64,000 nucleotides of DNA from Chromera velia (taxonomy: Eukaryota): the NCBI GenBank assembly GCA_018398765.1, contig JAHBMJ010000057.1, positions 1 through 64,000 of the forward strand. The letters run 5' to 3'. The stretch's first letter is position 1; each line of letters begins with the position of its first letter. The notes under the pieces are model-generated. The model was not told where the DNA came from. It searched no databases and saw only the letters and a list, made by a program, of their open reading frames with translations. The position numbers and the translations under genes are program-made. Of this stretch, positions 13,448-25,300 are shown one piece after another.

Positions 13448-15321
13448 GACACGCATGCAAACGCGGGCACATCCATACATACATGCATATATCTAGAGAG
13501 ACAATAAGACTGACGGAGAGAGAGACAGAACGAACAGGCCGGACAGGACAGGCTGATCGACTCTACTGAGGCCGGCGCTGTCATGGTCATCTCTTCCTTC
13601 ATTTCATTCAAGCGGCTGCCACATTCGTTCACCAGTCCTTCCTTCTTTCCTCCCTTGCCTTCCAGACGACTCCACGAGAATTTAGCACGCGCACGGCCTT
13701 GGGAGTGACTAAAGAAAGCTATTGCCGCTTGCCTGTCTTTCTGTCTGTCTCCCAGATGACCATCCGAAAGCCTGCCAATTTCCAAGAGACAGTGAGAGAA
13801 TCAGAGAGAGACGGAGAAAGAGATACTGACTCCACGAGAACTCCCAGGCAGTCGCACGCTTCGTTGGTCTCACACACCAAGTCTCCGGGTCTGAACGCGA
13901 CTGCCGTCATCATCTGCATTCAATTCAATTCAATTGACGCACGCAAAATTTTGATGCGTCCTTGCGTGCGTCAACTGCCGTCATCATCTGTATCTTGCAT
14001 TCAATTGATGTGAGGTGGGTAAAGGTGGGAACTCTCAGCCTGTGTATGATCGCATTTGTATTTCACTGTGTATGATTGCGTTTGTATTTCACTGTGCATG
14101 ATTGCGTTTGTATTTCACTGTGTATGATTGCGTTTGTGTGTGCTTGATTCTCAATCATCTGCAGTCAATTGGATTGAGGTGGGCAGCAGGGAGAGCAAAA
14201 CGTTGTGTGGAGATGTCGAAATAGGGATTTGATCAGAAGTTCAAGCGCACTCTGTGTGGAAGTAGAACAAGACCACGAAGCCTTCAAACCTGAACCCACG
14301 AAGAAAAAAAAAGAAAAGTCCCGGAAACGCAGACAGACAAACAAATCCCCCCCCCGAGAGACAATCTACATGGCTGGGGCAACGAGGGGCCCTTCGGACG
14401 GACCCGTGCGCACTTCCTGAGGACTGCCGGGGGCACCCCTGCGAAAAGAGGGGCCCCCTTGAGGGCTCTCACCAGGTCCACCAGACCATCTGAGGCGTTG
14501 CGGGGGCTGAAGGCTCTGCATTCACGGGAGGGGGGGGGGGCACAGGAGGAGACCCGGACAGCTAACATGTTGGGACAGCTTACATGCTGGGGAGCATGAG
14601 AAGGATGCAACGGGAGGGAGGGGAAGTTGAATTTGTAAAGAGGCAGCGAAACGAGAAACGAAAAGCGTAGACAGAAATATGAGAACTGTAAGTGGGAGAG
14701 GCCAATTGAGACAGCTGCATACATGTTGAGGGCTATGCGGTGAGAGCCTTCCCTAACATTCTGACCAAGGAACATGCATGCATGTAGACAGACGCACAGA
14801 GACCTTGGAGGTAGTAGGTAGGTGCGGACACATAGGCACGTGCTTGTAGGTGCTATGCATTTAGACAATGATTTGAACACACAGACAGGCGGGTGGACAG
14901 ACAGACATGCAGGCAAAGAGCTGGACACACACACACACACACACATACACACATACACATACACACGCACATTCACCCTGCCCGAGTCTGTTCTGACCCA
15001 CCTGGAGAAGTTGTTGCTGTCCCCTCTTGTGAGTGCCCTGAGAGAGAGGGACACCTTGGTGAGTCTGGAGGTTCCCAAACGCCAAAAACTGTCTGCAGAG
15101 GGGGAAGGGTCGCTGTTCTGGAAGGGAAGAGGAGGAGGCTCATTCTTCTTCACGCTCTCTTTGACGTTTTGGGAGAAGAATTTCAGGAGATGGACTGTGT
15201 CGGCGGCCTGCTCTCTCTCCTTTTCGTTCTCCTTCTCCTTTTCTTTGGCCCTAATTGCCTCTTCCGCAATCTCCACTCGTCCCCTCTGCTTCTTGACCCC
15301 CAGAGGTCCTTTAGTCTTCAT
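2336..15321 (-). CDS. Gene A: 17-exon, ~2,191-aa protein with an N-terminal degenerate cyclic-nucleotide-binding (cNMP-like) domain followed by long low-complexity, coiled-coil and acidic regions
   Basis: Exons (minus strand): 15321-15002, 14515-14404, 13913-13831, 13376-13244, 12637-12517, 12268-12135, 11909-11675, 11231-10661, 10163-9515, 9224-7799, 7407-6801, 6421-5430, 5002-4743, 4360-4263, 3846-3784, 3487-2878, 2497-2336. All introns are GT..AG with consistent phases, total 6,576 nt. An in-frame TAG lies just upstream of the ATG. Spliced exons 2-6 read LKGAPLFAGVPPAVLRKCARMMTAVAFRPGDLVCETNEACDCLGVLVEGSVCLE, which fits the cNMP alphaA/beta1-beta4 pattern. Confidence 0.8.
10187..10256. mobile_element. 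Small AT-rich palindromic element, type I (ATGCATTCATTTTCATACAG-like ends)
   Basis: Arms ATGCATTCATTTTCATGCAG and CTGTACGAAAATGAATGCAT pair at 18/20. Related full or partial copies at ~5052, 9280, 24690, 24800, 46109, 51565, 55340, 60483, 60536. Mobility is inferred only from recurrence. Confidence 0.55.
13934..13974. mobile_element. Small palindromic element, type II (TGACGCACGCAA..TTGCGTGCGTCA)
   Basis: Perfect 13-bp arms. Related copies or halves at ~2632, 15929, 20179, 20270, 23652, 24668, 50908, 55565, 56379. Confidence 0.5.
14041..14137. repeat. Intronic 26-bp minisatellite, ~3.7 copies
   Basis: TGTGTATGATTGCGTTTGTATTTCAC repeated. Confidence 0.88.
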
Positions 15322-16541
15322 GTCCGTCTACCTCCTTTCTTCCTTTCACCAATGTGGCTAGGGTGTCTGTATTGAGAAGCAGCAGGATGAAACCAAAGAC
15401 CTGCGAGGGAAGTTTTCGAGAAACGAGATCGAGGCCGATATTGCAGAAGTGAGCCAAACTGAGAGAAGCACCTCGCGGTCAAACCGTACGTCGTTCTTAA
15501 TACGTGAGTTGAAGAGACGGTCAATCAGTCTGATCAATTCACCAGTCGCTGCTTGAAGATCTAACTCGACGTGTGTAGACATCAACGGCGCTTCCGTTGG
15601 TGAGCAGACATGGCCTGAATGGATGAGATTCATCTACAGGAGGAGCGAGAAAAGGATGGAAGCGCTCCTCCCTCCTCGAAACTGCTTGCTTTTGATCTCA
15701 CCTCCGCTGCATCCCTCTCGCTCTGTATCTGTTTCTTTTTTTTTGGAAATTAATTGTTTACTCTCTAGCTAGCTGTCGACTCAAAGGGCAGCTCGACATA
15801 GCTCGACTCAGGGGCCCCAAGATTACTCGCATAAAACAATTTCTGATTTGGGGCCCCGAAAAGTGAGTGAGGGGCACTTAATAAGTGAATCCAAACAGAG
15901 TGTGTCGCTGGCCGCAGTCGTTCGCACGTTTGCGTGCGTCAGATATCCTCACGAAAGTAATCCGAGGCTCTCACCAGAGAGACTGGGTGAGTTCCAAGAT
16001 GACCGATACCGCATGGATTGACTGCATTCAAGAGACATCATTGCTTGACTGCAGGTTATATATATACAGCTTTGAAGCACACTCGATCTTCCTGCAGGAA
16101 GATTTCCCTCTTTGGCATGTATATATTCAGCCTTGCAACGTGATCTCATTCGGTATCAAAGTCACTCCGCCGTTTGAGTCGATCAGCACGTCAATGCAGC
16201 CCTCTGTCTGCGGTCTGTCTGCATTTAGGCTTTCTGACTGACTCGATCGATCAATCGCCCGCTTTTCTCATCTGACCAGACTCCCATGAGTGCACGTGGG
16301 TGCGTGTCAGATCTTTGGTCTTGGTTCTGTAAGGGATCTGTCCTGTTTGGTTCCTCTTCAAACACTTCTCAAAAGACCGCGTGCCGATCCATGTATATAG
16401 ACATGCGTTCACGCAAGTGAAAGGAAGAGAGAGTTCTTCCGGGATTTGCTGACGCACTGACTGACTCGGGAGAGGAATTTCCCGTTGGTCCACCTGACTC
16501 TTGAACTTTACTCAGCTCACCCTGGCTGTGTATTTTCATTC
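15322..16541. promoter_or_regulatory. Divergent (head-to-head) region between genes A and B; probable bidirectional promoter and 5' UTRs
   Basis: Position between two oppositely oriented start codons. No specific element identified. Confidence 0.45.
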
Positions 16542-19353
16542 ATGACATGGACGAAGGCAAACGGAGGGAGAGGAGCGAGGAAGGAGTTTCCGCGTTCCTG
16601 TTTCCGTTGGGTCTCATTTGCTTCATGTTCTGTTCGTGGAAGTTTTCTCTTGTCTGTGCTCTTCCTCCTCTCGCTGCTGATGCTGCCTACTCAAACGAGT
16701 GGAATCCTCGCGAAGAAAATGATTCCTGGGTTCGAACACCACCTCCTTATTGACAAGGACGACGAACTGTGGGTATAGTCTGTATATACTTACAAACAAA
16801 CATCCGCTGACCATGAACTGAAGCCGTTCTTAGCTCAATCATTGATAATGTCATGAACAGTCATGAATAGACTGGCTCTCTGGGTGCTGTGGAGTGTTTC
16901 TGAATACCTTATTTTTTGTCTTCTAGCGCTCTGGCCAAATTCGCATGCATGAACGATCTCTCTTTTCTTCCCTTTCAAACGCAAACGCACCGTTGTCTCT
17001 CGACTCTCTTGATGCTTGGAAGGACGTACTTTAATCAACGGAAGACTAACGGGAATCTCAAACTTCACCCCTCTTTCTGTGTGCAGGTACGCGTCAGGAG
17101 GGAACTTCGTGGGCCAGCTGGGCATGGGTGACTTCACGAATCGGGACTCCTTCACTCAGGTCCCCGGCATGACCGACGTGGTGGCGGGGTGCGCTGCCGA
17201 CCACTGTGCCATTGTGGACTCTGCCGGGGCCCTTTGGACCTGGGGATATAACAACCAGGGCCAGGTGGGGGACGGCACAACGACGAACAGGAACACGCCT
17301 TCGATGCAGGGCCTAACGAGTGTGGCGGGGAGCTGCTGTGCGAAGGAATTCACAGCGGCATGGCTGACTACGGGAGCACTTTATACTTGGGGCAGTAATA
17401 CGTCAGGTCAGTGTCTTCAATTCATCAAGGCAGAATAAAGATGTACATGCGCAGTGTCAGGTGGGTCGCTAGACGTGGAAAGACAATGGATCAGTGTGCA
17501 CGAGTGTGGTCGAATTCTCTGTTTGAGACAACGGTGCGCGTGTGGCAATTCTCTTCTTCGGGGGCGCGAGCGTTGGATGCATGCCTCTAGCTTGCAGTGG
17601 ACAAAAGGGCAGGGGTGATAATTGAAGGAAGCAAGTGGAAAGGATGCAGAGAAAAAAGAAGGAGGTTGGAGGGTGCAGAGAGAACTATACAGAAAAAAGG
17701 AAAAAATGGCCAAGGACAGACGTAAGAAAAATACATGTAAACACTTGCACCCATTCTGAAATTTGGAATCTGTATCTGACCGACGTTCCCTTATTCCTGT
17801 GTCTCCTCTCTCTCTACCCATTTCCTTTCTGTTCTTGCAGGGAGACTGGGTCAGTCCGTCCTTCTTCCCTTTTCCCCTTCCTGTTGAGTCAATGTTGCGG
17901 CGTTGGTTTTCTTCTTTCTGGTTTTGTGCCGAGGTCATCGCTTGAAGCGAGTTGCAGTCCCAGCTGTCTTGCAAGTGACTTGAGGAAACGAGCCAAAAAG
18001 AAAGAAAGCGCAAAAGCAGGGTGGGTTTTCTGGAGAGGTAGTTTCAGTTTCTTTTGAAAGGGAGTGAATATACCATTCCTTTGTTGCCTTTCTCGTACCT
18101 TCTGTTTCTCCAAAGTTTGTAATTGGTCCTCTCCCTTGTGTATCGGACAAACATCTCCAGAGAGGGCTACTGGGACAAGGCACCATACAATTAAGTAGTC
18201 AAACAGAAAAAAGATGCTTTTATGGAATCATTGTATGTCATGCTTGCAGGACAAGGCGACACAACAAACCGTGTAAGCCCTACGGTTGTGGGGTCCCTGG
18301 CCGGGGAGACCGTGGTTGGGGCTGCGTGTGGGACTTTTCACCTTGCAGTGTGGACGTCGGATGGCAAACTTTTTATGGCGGGGGAGGGGGGGAATGGGAG
18401 ATTGGGGACGGGAACCACTACGGATCAGTGGACGCCTGTGGAGGTGAGCTGGTGTGTGTTGCACGCACTAACGGGAAAGAAGCTGTGCAAACATTTATCT
18501 TTTTAATCATAATACTGAGGGGTTGGAGACGTTGTGTAGCAGGGTGCAAAGCGCCTCTGTGATAGTCGATTTTGCATACTGCTGGCAGTCCTTGCTTCAT
18601 TCTTCTTGCATGTCTCCATGAGCCTGCTTGATTTTGCGCTGCAAGCTTGAGTAGACAGGAAGGAAAGGGACACTTAGGCTTCCTTCCTTTCAAACCGGCA
18701 TCAGCGAAGGGAAATTTTTGGGTGGCCAGGTATGCATCCCTCTGAAACGGAGACGAAGGCAAGGAAAAGGGAAGTGCAATATAACAGAGAACCGGATGTG
18801 TGTGTGTGTGTGTGTGCAGGTGACGATTTCAGGTGAGACCATCACGAGTGCCGTGGCCGGTCTGGGGTACACCTGCGTGCACACGGCGTCCAAGAAGGTC
18901 CTCTGTGCGGGTGTGAACACCCAGGGCCAGCTGGGAGTGGGGACGTCCCCCTCGAATTCGCAGGTCTTCTTGGAGACGCTGTCGGGGGACGTGGAAGCTC
19001 TTGTGGGGGGTACGTGAGTGGGTGAATTGATTTGTGTATGCATGTATGTGTTAATGAACGCGAATGCGTCTGTTGAAGTCAGGACTTCGATGCCTTTGTG
19101 TTTCTGTGTTGGTGTCCATGACTGCATACACGCTTAATTGCATGGATGTGTGCATGCATGCATGCTGTATGCACGCACGTTTGTTTGCGTGTATGCTTGT
19201 ATCTCTTAAACACGGCAAAGACCCCCTTGCCTCATTGAGGTTTACGGCATGTCTGATGAATTTTTCTGTGCGAATACCCTTCATTCATTGTTTGTTTGTC
19301 TGTCTGTCTGTCTGCCTGCCTGCCTGCCTGTCTGTCTGTCTGTCTGTCTGTCG

Positions 19354-19389
<36 letters not shown>

Positions 19390-22300
19390 GTCTGTCTGTC
19401 TGTCTGTACAGGTGTAAATGTGTCCACGCGAATGAAGACGAGTTTTTGTGTCAACCCTTTGTGCCTTTGCAGGAACGAAGCAGGCGCTGGCCTGTCTGAC
19501 TAATGGGACTGTTTTGGGGTGGGGGGACAACATAGAGGGTCAATTGGGTCTGGGAGACACAACAGATAGGTGGTACCCCTCCGCGATGTTGATAGACCCA
19601 GAGGAAGTTAGCGAGGTCAGGGACAGGGAAGTATTTATAGACACACATGCACACGCATGCATGCAGAGACAGATTGAGAGATAGAGAGACAGACAGACAG
19701 ACAGACAGACAGGGAGGGAGGGAGGGAGGGAGGGAGAAAGGGCGACACTTCGTGGTCATTTTTTTTTTTGCGAGGGCGAACCTCAAAGCTGGGTGCAGGC
19801 TGTACGTACCTTTCTCTGAACCCAATAGAAGTATGCAGAGAGACAGACGAACAACTGTACGTACGCAAGGCTTTTTCGACTTGAGAATTGATCCCATCAT
19901 CTCTCGCTTCTTCCCGCCGCGGCTTGTCGTCCCGAGGCTGAACACGAGATTCAAACATATGTATCCGTCATTTATGTGTGCACTCAGCTTGTTGCGATGA
20001 GGTTCAACACGTTCGTTCTGAAGAAGGACGGCACTGTTGTCGGGGTTGGGTGGAACACGTACGGACAGTTAGGGCAACCTTCCAGCTCGGGGAATATTTT
20101 ATCACCTGACGCCATCCCTGGTCAGTCAGTGACAGTCAGTCAGGGGACCGATTGTTCTCGCTTGCCTGTCGTGTCAACAGACGCACGCAAGTACGCACCC
20201 AAATTGCCCGTTGACAACGATTACCGTATGCATGTGGTATATTTGATATATATTCTCTGCAGTATCAACTGACGCACGCAAGTACGCATCCAAATTGCCC
20301 GTTGACAACGATTACCGTATGCATGTGGTATATATTCTCTGCAAGTCTGTCTCTCTCTCGAGAGCGCATTGTCACGTTTCAAAGCAAAACACGTAAATAC
20401 ACAATCCACATATATTCTCGCAGGGCTTGTGGACGGCTGCACCGACGCGTCCCTCACCTGCGACGCCCAGGCCGTCTGCACGAGCACAGACCCGAGTGGG
20501 CCCTTCTCGTGTGAGTGCAACGGCGGGTATTCAGGAGACGGCACCACGTGCACAGGTAGGGGGGAGTTGGGTGTCCGTGCGTTTTGTCATGACAGCATTC
20601 TTGTATTCGTGACGTGTATCGCAATTCATGCAACCGACTGTCCGGTCAAGTGTTTAAAAGAAAAAAAGTCCACTTTTCGATGAACGGTTTCTCTCTACCT
20701 GATTGTAGAGATGGAGCACGTATGTGCGTATCACCAGCGTCTCTGTCTGTGTTTTCTGGACTTTTCTCCTTGCCTGTATGCAGACATCGACGAGTGCGGC
20801 ACGGGAGCTCACAACTGTGACACAAATGGCGTCTGCACCAACACAGGCGGAAGCTTTTCGTGTGCGTGCGGTGTGGGGTGGAGCGGCAATGGGCTCAGCT
20901 GCTCAAGTAAGTCAGCGCAAAGACAGATATCTTGCGCATTCTTTCACTGTGTATTGCATAATGAGGATAATCAAAATACCTTCTCCCCGTGTTTGTGCAG
21001 ACATCGATGAGTGTGGCACCTCAGTCGACAACTGTCACACAGACGCCACCTGCACAGACACCTCTGGAAGTTTCACTTGTGGGTGCAACACGGGATTCAG
21101 TGGAGACGGCGTCTCGTGCTCATCCGGTGAGTACATATTCTCACGTCAACATTTCAGCCAAGCCACCAAACGGCTACTACCTCTTTCAGATTCATACACA
21201 CATACATACTGAAAAGGTATCGCCTAGAAAGAGTATTCCATCATGAATGCTGTTTCTTCGGTGATCTTTTCTGCATATGCATCTCATCTCCTGCATTCGT
21301 CTCCTCCCTTGCCTTTGTATGCACGCATGCAGCCGTGGATGAATGCGGGACTTCAGTCCACAACTGCCACACAGATGCGACCTGCACTGACACCGCGCTG
21401 AGTTTCACCTGCGCCTGCAACAGCGGGTACTCGGGCGACGGTGTCTCGTGCTCGAGTGAGTCGGTATAGCTCTGTGTGTCTATGTGTGAGGGTGTTCGAG
21501 TGAGTGAGACTCTGTCATGAATTACCTGCCTGCATGAGTCTCTGTTCTCCTCCAGCTCTTGTCCTGAGCTTCTTCTGTTTCCTGAATGGAGATCCAGTGA
21601 AAGAAAAGGAGTACCGGCGAAGTGTAGCTCTCGCGTTATTTCTTTCCAATTCAAATTGCTTTTCTTGGTCGAGTCAAAACTTCTTGCTTGCTTTTGTGCA
21701 TTCTTTGTGCATTCTTTCGTCTCTGCTCTTGTTGTCTGCAGACGCAGATGAGTGCGGCACTGCTTCTCATAACTGCCACACCGACGGAACATGTACAGAC
21801 ACGTCTGGGAGTTTCACCTGCGGCTGCAACAGCGGCTTTTCGGGAGACGGCCTCTCGTGTTCAAGTCAGTCTGGCAATCTTTTTTGTTCTTCTTTTTTTC
21901 TTTCTTTTGGGAGACGGCCTTTCGTGTTCAAGTCAGTCTGGCAATCTTTTTTGTTCTTCTTTTTTTCTTTCTTTCGGGAGACGGCCTTTCGTGTTCAAGT
22001 CAGTCTGACAGACAGATCTATTTTTACAAAAGGCAACGGCACTGGAAATCGCTTTCGCGGGGGAGAATGCTAGAAAGACGTCGAGGGGAAATAGCGGCCG
22101 AAAAACTCTTCTCGGAACGTTCTGTGTGTCTCTGTGGAGGTTTTTTATTTTTTATTTTTGGAAGTTGATTCAAGTTTCGTCTTGTACTGACATTAATTTG
22201 GTTCCTCTGTCTGCAGATATCGACGAGTGCGGCACAAGCGCTGACAACTGTCACACAGACGCCACCTGCACAGACACCTCTGGAAGTTTCACTTGTGGGT

Positions 22301-25300
22301 GCAACACGGGATTCAGTGGAGACGGCGTCTCGTGTGCTGGTCAGCCATTTTTTGATTTTTTTTCTGTTGTATCTCACGCTTTTCCTCTTTTCTCCTCTCT
22401 CTCTGGCCCATGCATAGAGGAATACTTCTCCTCTCTCTCTGGTCCATGCATGGAGGAATACTTCTCGCTCATGTTTCCTTTCCTTCCTTTTCTGTGCCTG
22501 CAGAAATTGACGAGTGCGGCACAGGAGTACACAACTGCGACACAAACGCCATCTGCACGAACACGGGCGGGAGCTTTTCGTGTGCGTGTGCTGCTGGGTG
22601 GAGTGGAAGTGGAGTCGCCTGTGCAAGTGAGTCTGTTGTTCCGTCTATGTACACTTCTGCTCTAGCTGCCCTGTTCAATGCTGTAAGAAATCTTTTCGAG
22701 CTCCGTTCGGCAGAACATACACAATGCCTTTGTCAGGCAACCCCTCTAGCCTTCATGTATTCTCTTCACTGATGTCTTTGGGTGTGTATCTGCAGACGTC
22801 GACGAGTGCAGCGGTGCGTCCCACAACTGCCACACTGCCGCAACGTGCACCGACAGCTCCGGGAGTTTCACTTGTGCCTGCAACTCTGGATTTTCGGGAG
22901 ACGGTCTCTCATGTTCAAGTCAGTCTGACAGCCGATGCATATCAAGCAAGAGGACAGTCCCTTCAATGCTGTTCTTTTTTTTTTCTTTCTTTCGGGAGAC
23001 GGTCTGACAGCCGATGCAGCTCTAGCAATCAAGCGGACACACTTCCCGTGAAAAAGGTGGACAAAGAATTGGGAAAGAAGTCTTCGGACGGGAAGTGCCA
23101 ACACGTGCCAACGGAATCAGAACGTGCTGAAGAACAGAACATGGTTAGCAGATTTGTGCCTGTCTTTTTGGTGGCCGATTCAGTGAAGCTCCTTCCTTCC
23201 TGTTGCCGTCGATTGAAATCTCTGCAGATATCGACGAGTGCGGCACAAGCGCTGACAACTGTCACACAGACGCCACCTGCACAGACACCTCTGGAAGTTT
23301 CACTTGTGGGTGCAACACGGGATTCAGTGGAGACGGCGTCTCGTGCTCTGGTCAGTTAGTGGGTCGATCTCTGCAAGTATTGCACCTTCCGCTGCTGTCT
23401 TTTTGCACGTTTGCTCGCTCTATCGGCTCTCGGACGTTGTTTTGATCTTCTATTGTGCGTCTGTGTGCCTGCAGACATCGACGAGTGCGGCACAGCAGCC
23501 GACGACTGTGACACCAACGCCGTCTGCACGAACACAGGCGGGAGTTTTTCGTGCGCATGCGGTGCGGGATGGAGTGGCAGTGGAGTCGCCTGCGCAAGTG
23601 AGTGGCGAGAATGATAAGTCTGAAGTCACTTTCCTGATGCTTCGCTCTCATTTCTGCTGACGCACGCAAGGAGCATTTCTGCTGGGTGAAACATTTTGAT
23701 GTGTCCTTGCGTGCGTCAGCAGAATGATATAGGTCTGAAGATATTTTCCTGACGCTTCGCTCTCATTTCTGCGGGTTTCACGTTGTACCAGACGACAGAG
23801 CGGCTTAGCACTGCCATGCGGATCGTCTCTCGATTTTCTGACTGCACTCCTTCTAAGTTCTTACTTTTCTCTGCAGACGTGGACGAGTGTGGCTCCTCTG
23901 CCCACAACTGCCACACAGACGCCACCTGCACTGACAGCTCTGGGAGTTTCACTTGCGGGTGCAACACGGGATTTTCGGGAGACGGGGTCTCTTGCACAGG
24001 TCCGTCAGTAGATCGTCCTGTTGTTTGGATGGGGGGCCGGGGGATGGGAGGGGAGTACATTTCTCGGGATGCGTGTTAGTGCACGTGTGTGTGTACGCGG
24101 CACTGGTGGATTGTGCATTCTTTTGCCTGGGAGCACTGACCCTTTGCTTCCTTCTGTATCGAACCCCCAACTTGTGCAGACATCAACGAGTGCTCTTTAG
24201 GCACTCACAACTGCCACACAGAGGCGACGTGCACTCACAGCGGGAGCAGCTTCACGTGTGCGTGCAACACTGGGTTCTTGGGAGACGGCGTCTCGTGCTC
24301 AGGTGGGTGGACAAAGTAAAGGCACAAACTGAATGCGCCTGGTTGGCTTCCGTCTCCGTTCCTTTCTGACAGTTGAATATTTCCCTGCTTCGCTAGACAC
24401 AAAGACAGAAGCGCATTTTCTTTCGGGCTTTTGTGCTTCTGAGGACTGTACAGATGACGTCGGTATCAATGCGCAAACAGATTTCTACCCAAAAGGACAG
24501 AAGTTCGTGTCCTCTCATTTCGCCTCTGCAGACCACGACGAGTGTGCCGGCGTTGCACACGACTGCGACGCCAACGCCGCGTGCACCGACGAGACAGGCT
24601 CCTTCACCTGCAGCTGCAACCAGGGCTACTCGGGGTCGGGGGTCGTCTGTGCAGGTCAGTCTGTGCATGCGTGCGTCAGTCAATATATTAATACAGAAAA
24701 AGAATTCTGTATGAAAAGAATGCAACCAGGGCTACTCGGGGTCGGGGGTCGTCTGTGCAGGTCAGTCTGTGCATGCGTGCGTCAGTCAATATATTAATAC
24801 AGAAAAAGAATTCTGTATGAAAAAGAATGCAACCAGGGCTACTCGGGGTCGGGGGTCGTCTGTGCAGGTCAGTCTGTTAGTCAACATTGAGATCAGGCAG
24901 CATGTTGCGATTTTACAAAAAGAAGAACCTGTGCAACACGCAGAAGAAAACTGCAAGGAGATGCTGTAGGCCTGTATGAAGCTTGATTGATGCAGAACTG
25001 GCATCATGGACGCGTGACTACTGCAGGGAATTTGGAACTTATTTCCTTTGTGAAGCGCACGGCAACCTTTACTGACAGTCAATCTGACCCCCTGTTCAGT
25101 TCACAGGCAGGCATTCTGCAACACTGCAATCAATTGAGAGAGAAGATGCAAAGCCCCGTTGCATCTTGAAAAAAACCATGTTCAGCCTCTTCACGATCTC
25201 CACTCCATAGGAAGCTGTGCATGTGTGCATGCATGCAGACATCGATGAATGCGGAACCGGAACACACGACTGCCATACAAGTGCGGCCTGTACGAACACT

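Larger units (their letters stand above)
12135..14515 (-). other. Degenerate cNMP-binding-like domain of gene A, spread over 5 exons
   Basis: PLFAGV..AVLRKCA, F.PGD.V....E.CD.LGV..EGSV, then an acidic insert, then LWEDSLL..(Q)KGTAESMTVVRVV. Recognised by motif spacing only. Confidence 0.6.

Noticed and set aside
13560..13720. Possible extra exon of gene A (GRARAKFSWSRLEGK...)
   Set aside because: Direct splicing of 13831 to 13376 gives the better motif VLVEGSVCL with a strong acceptor.
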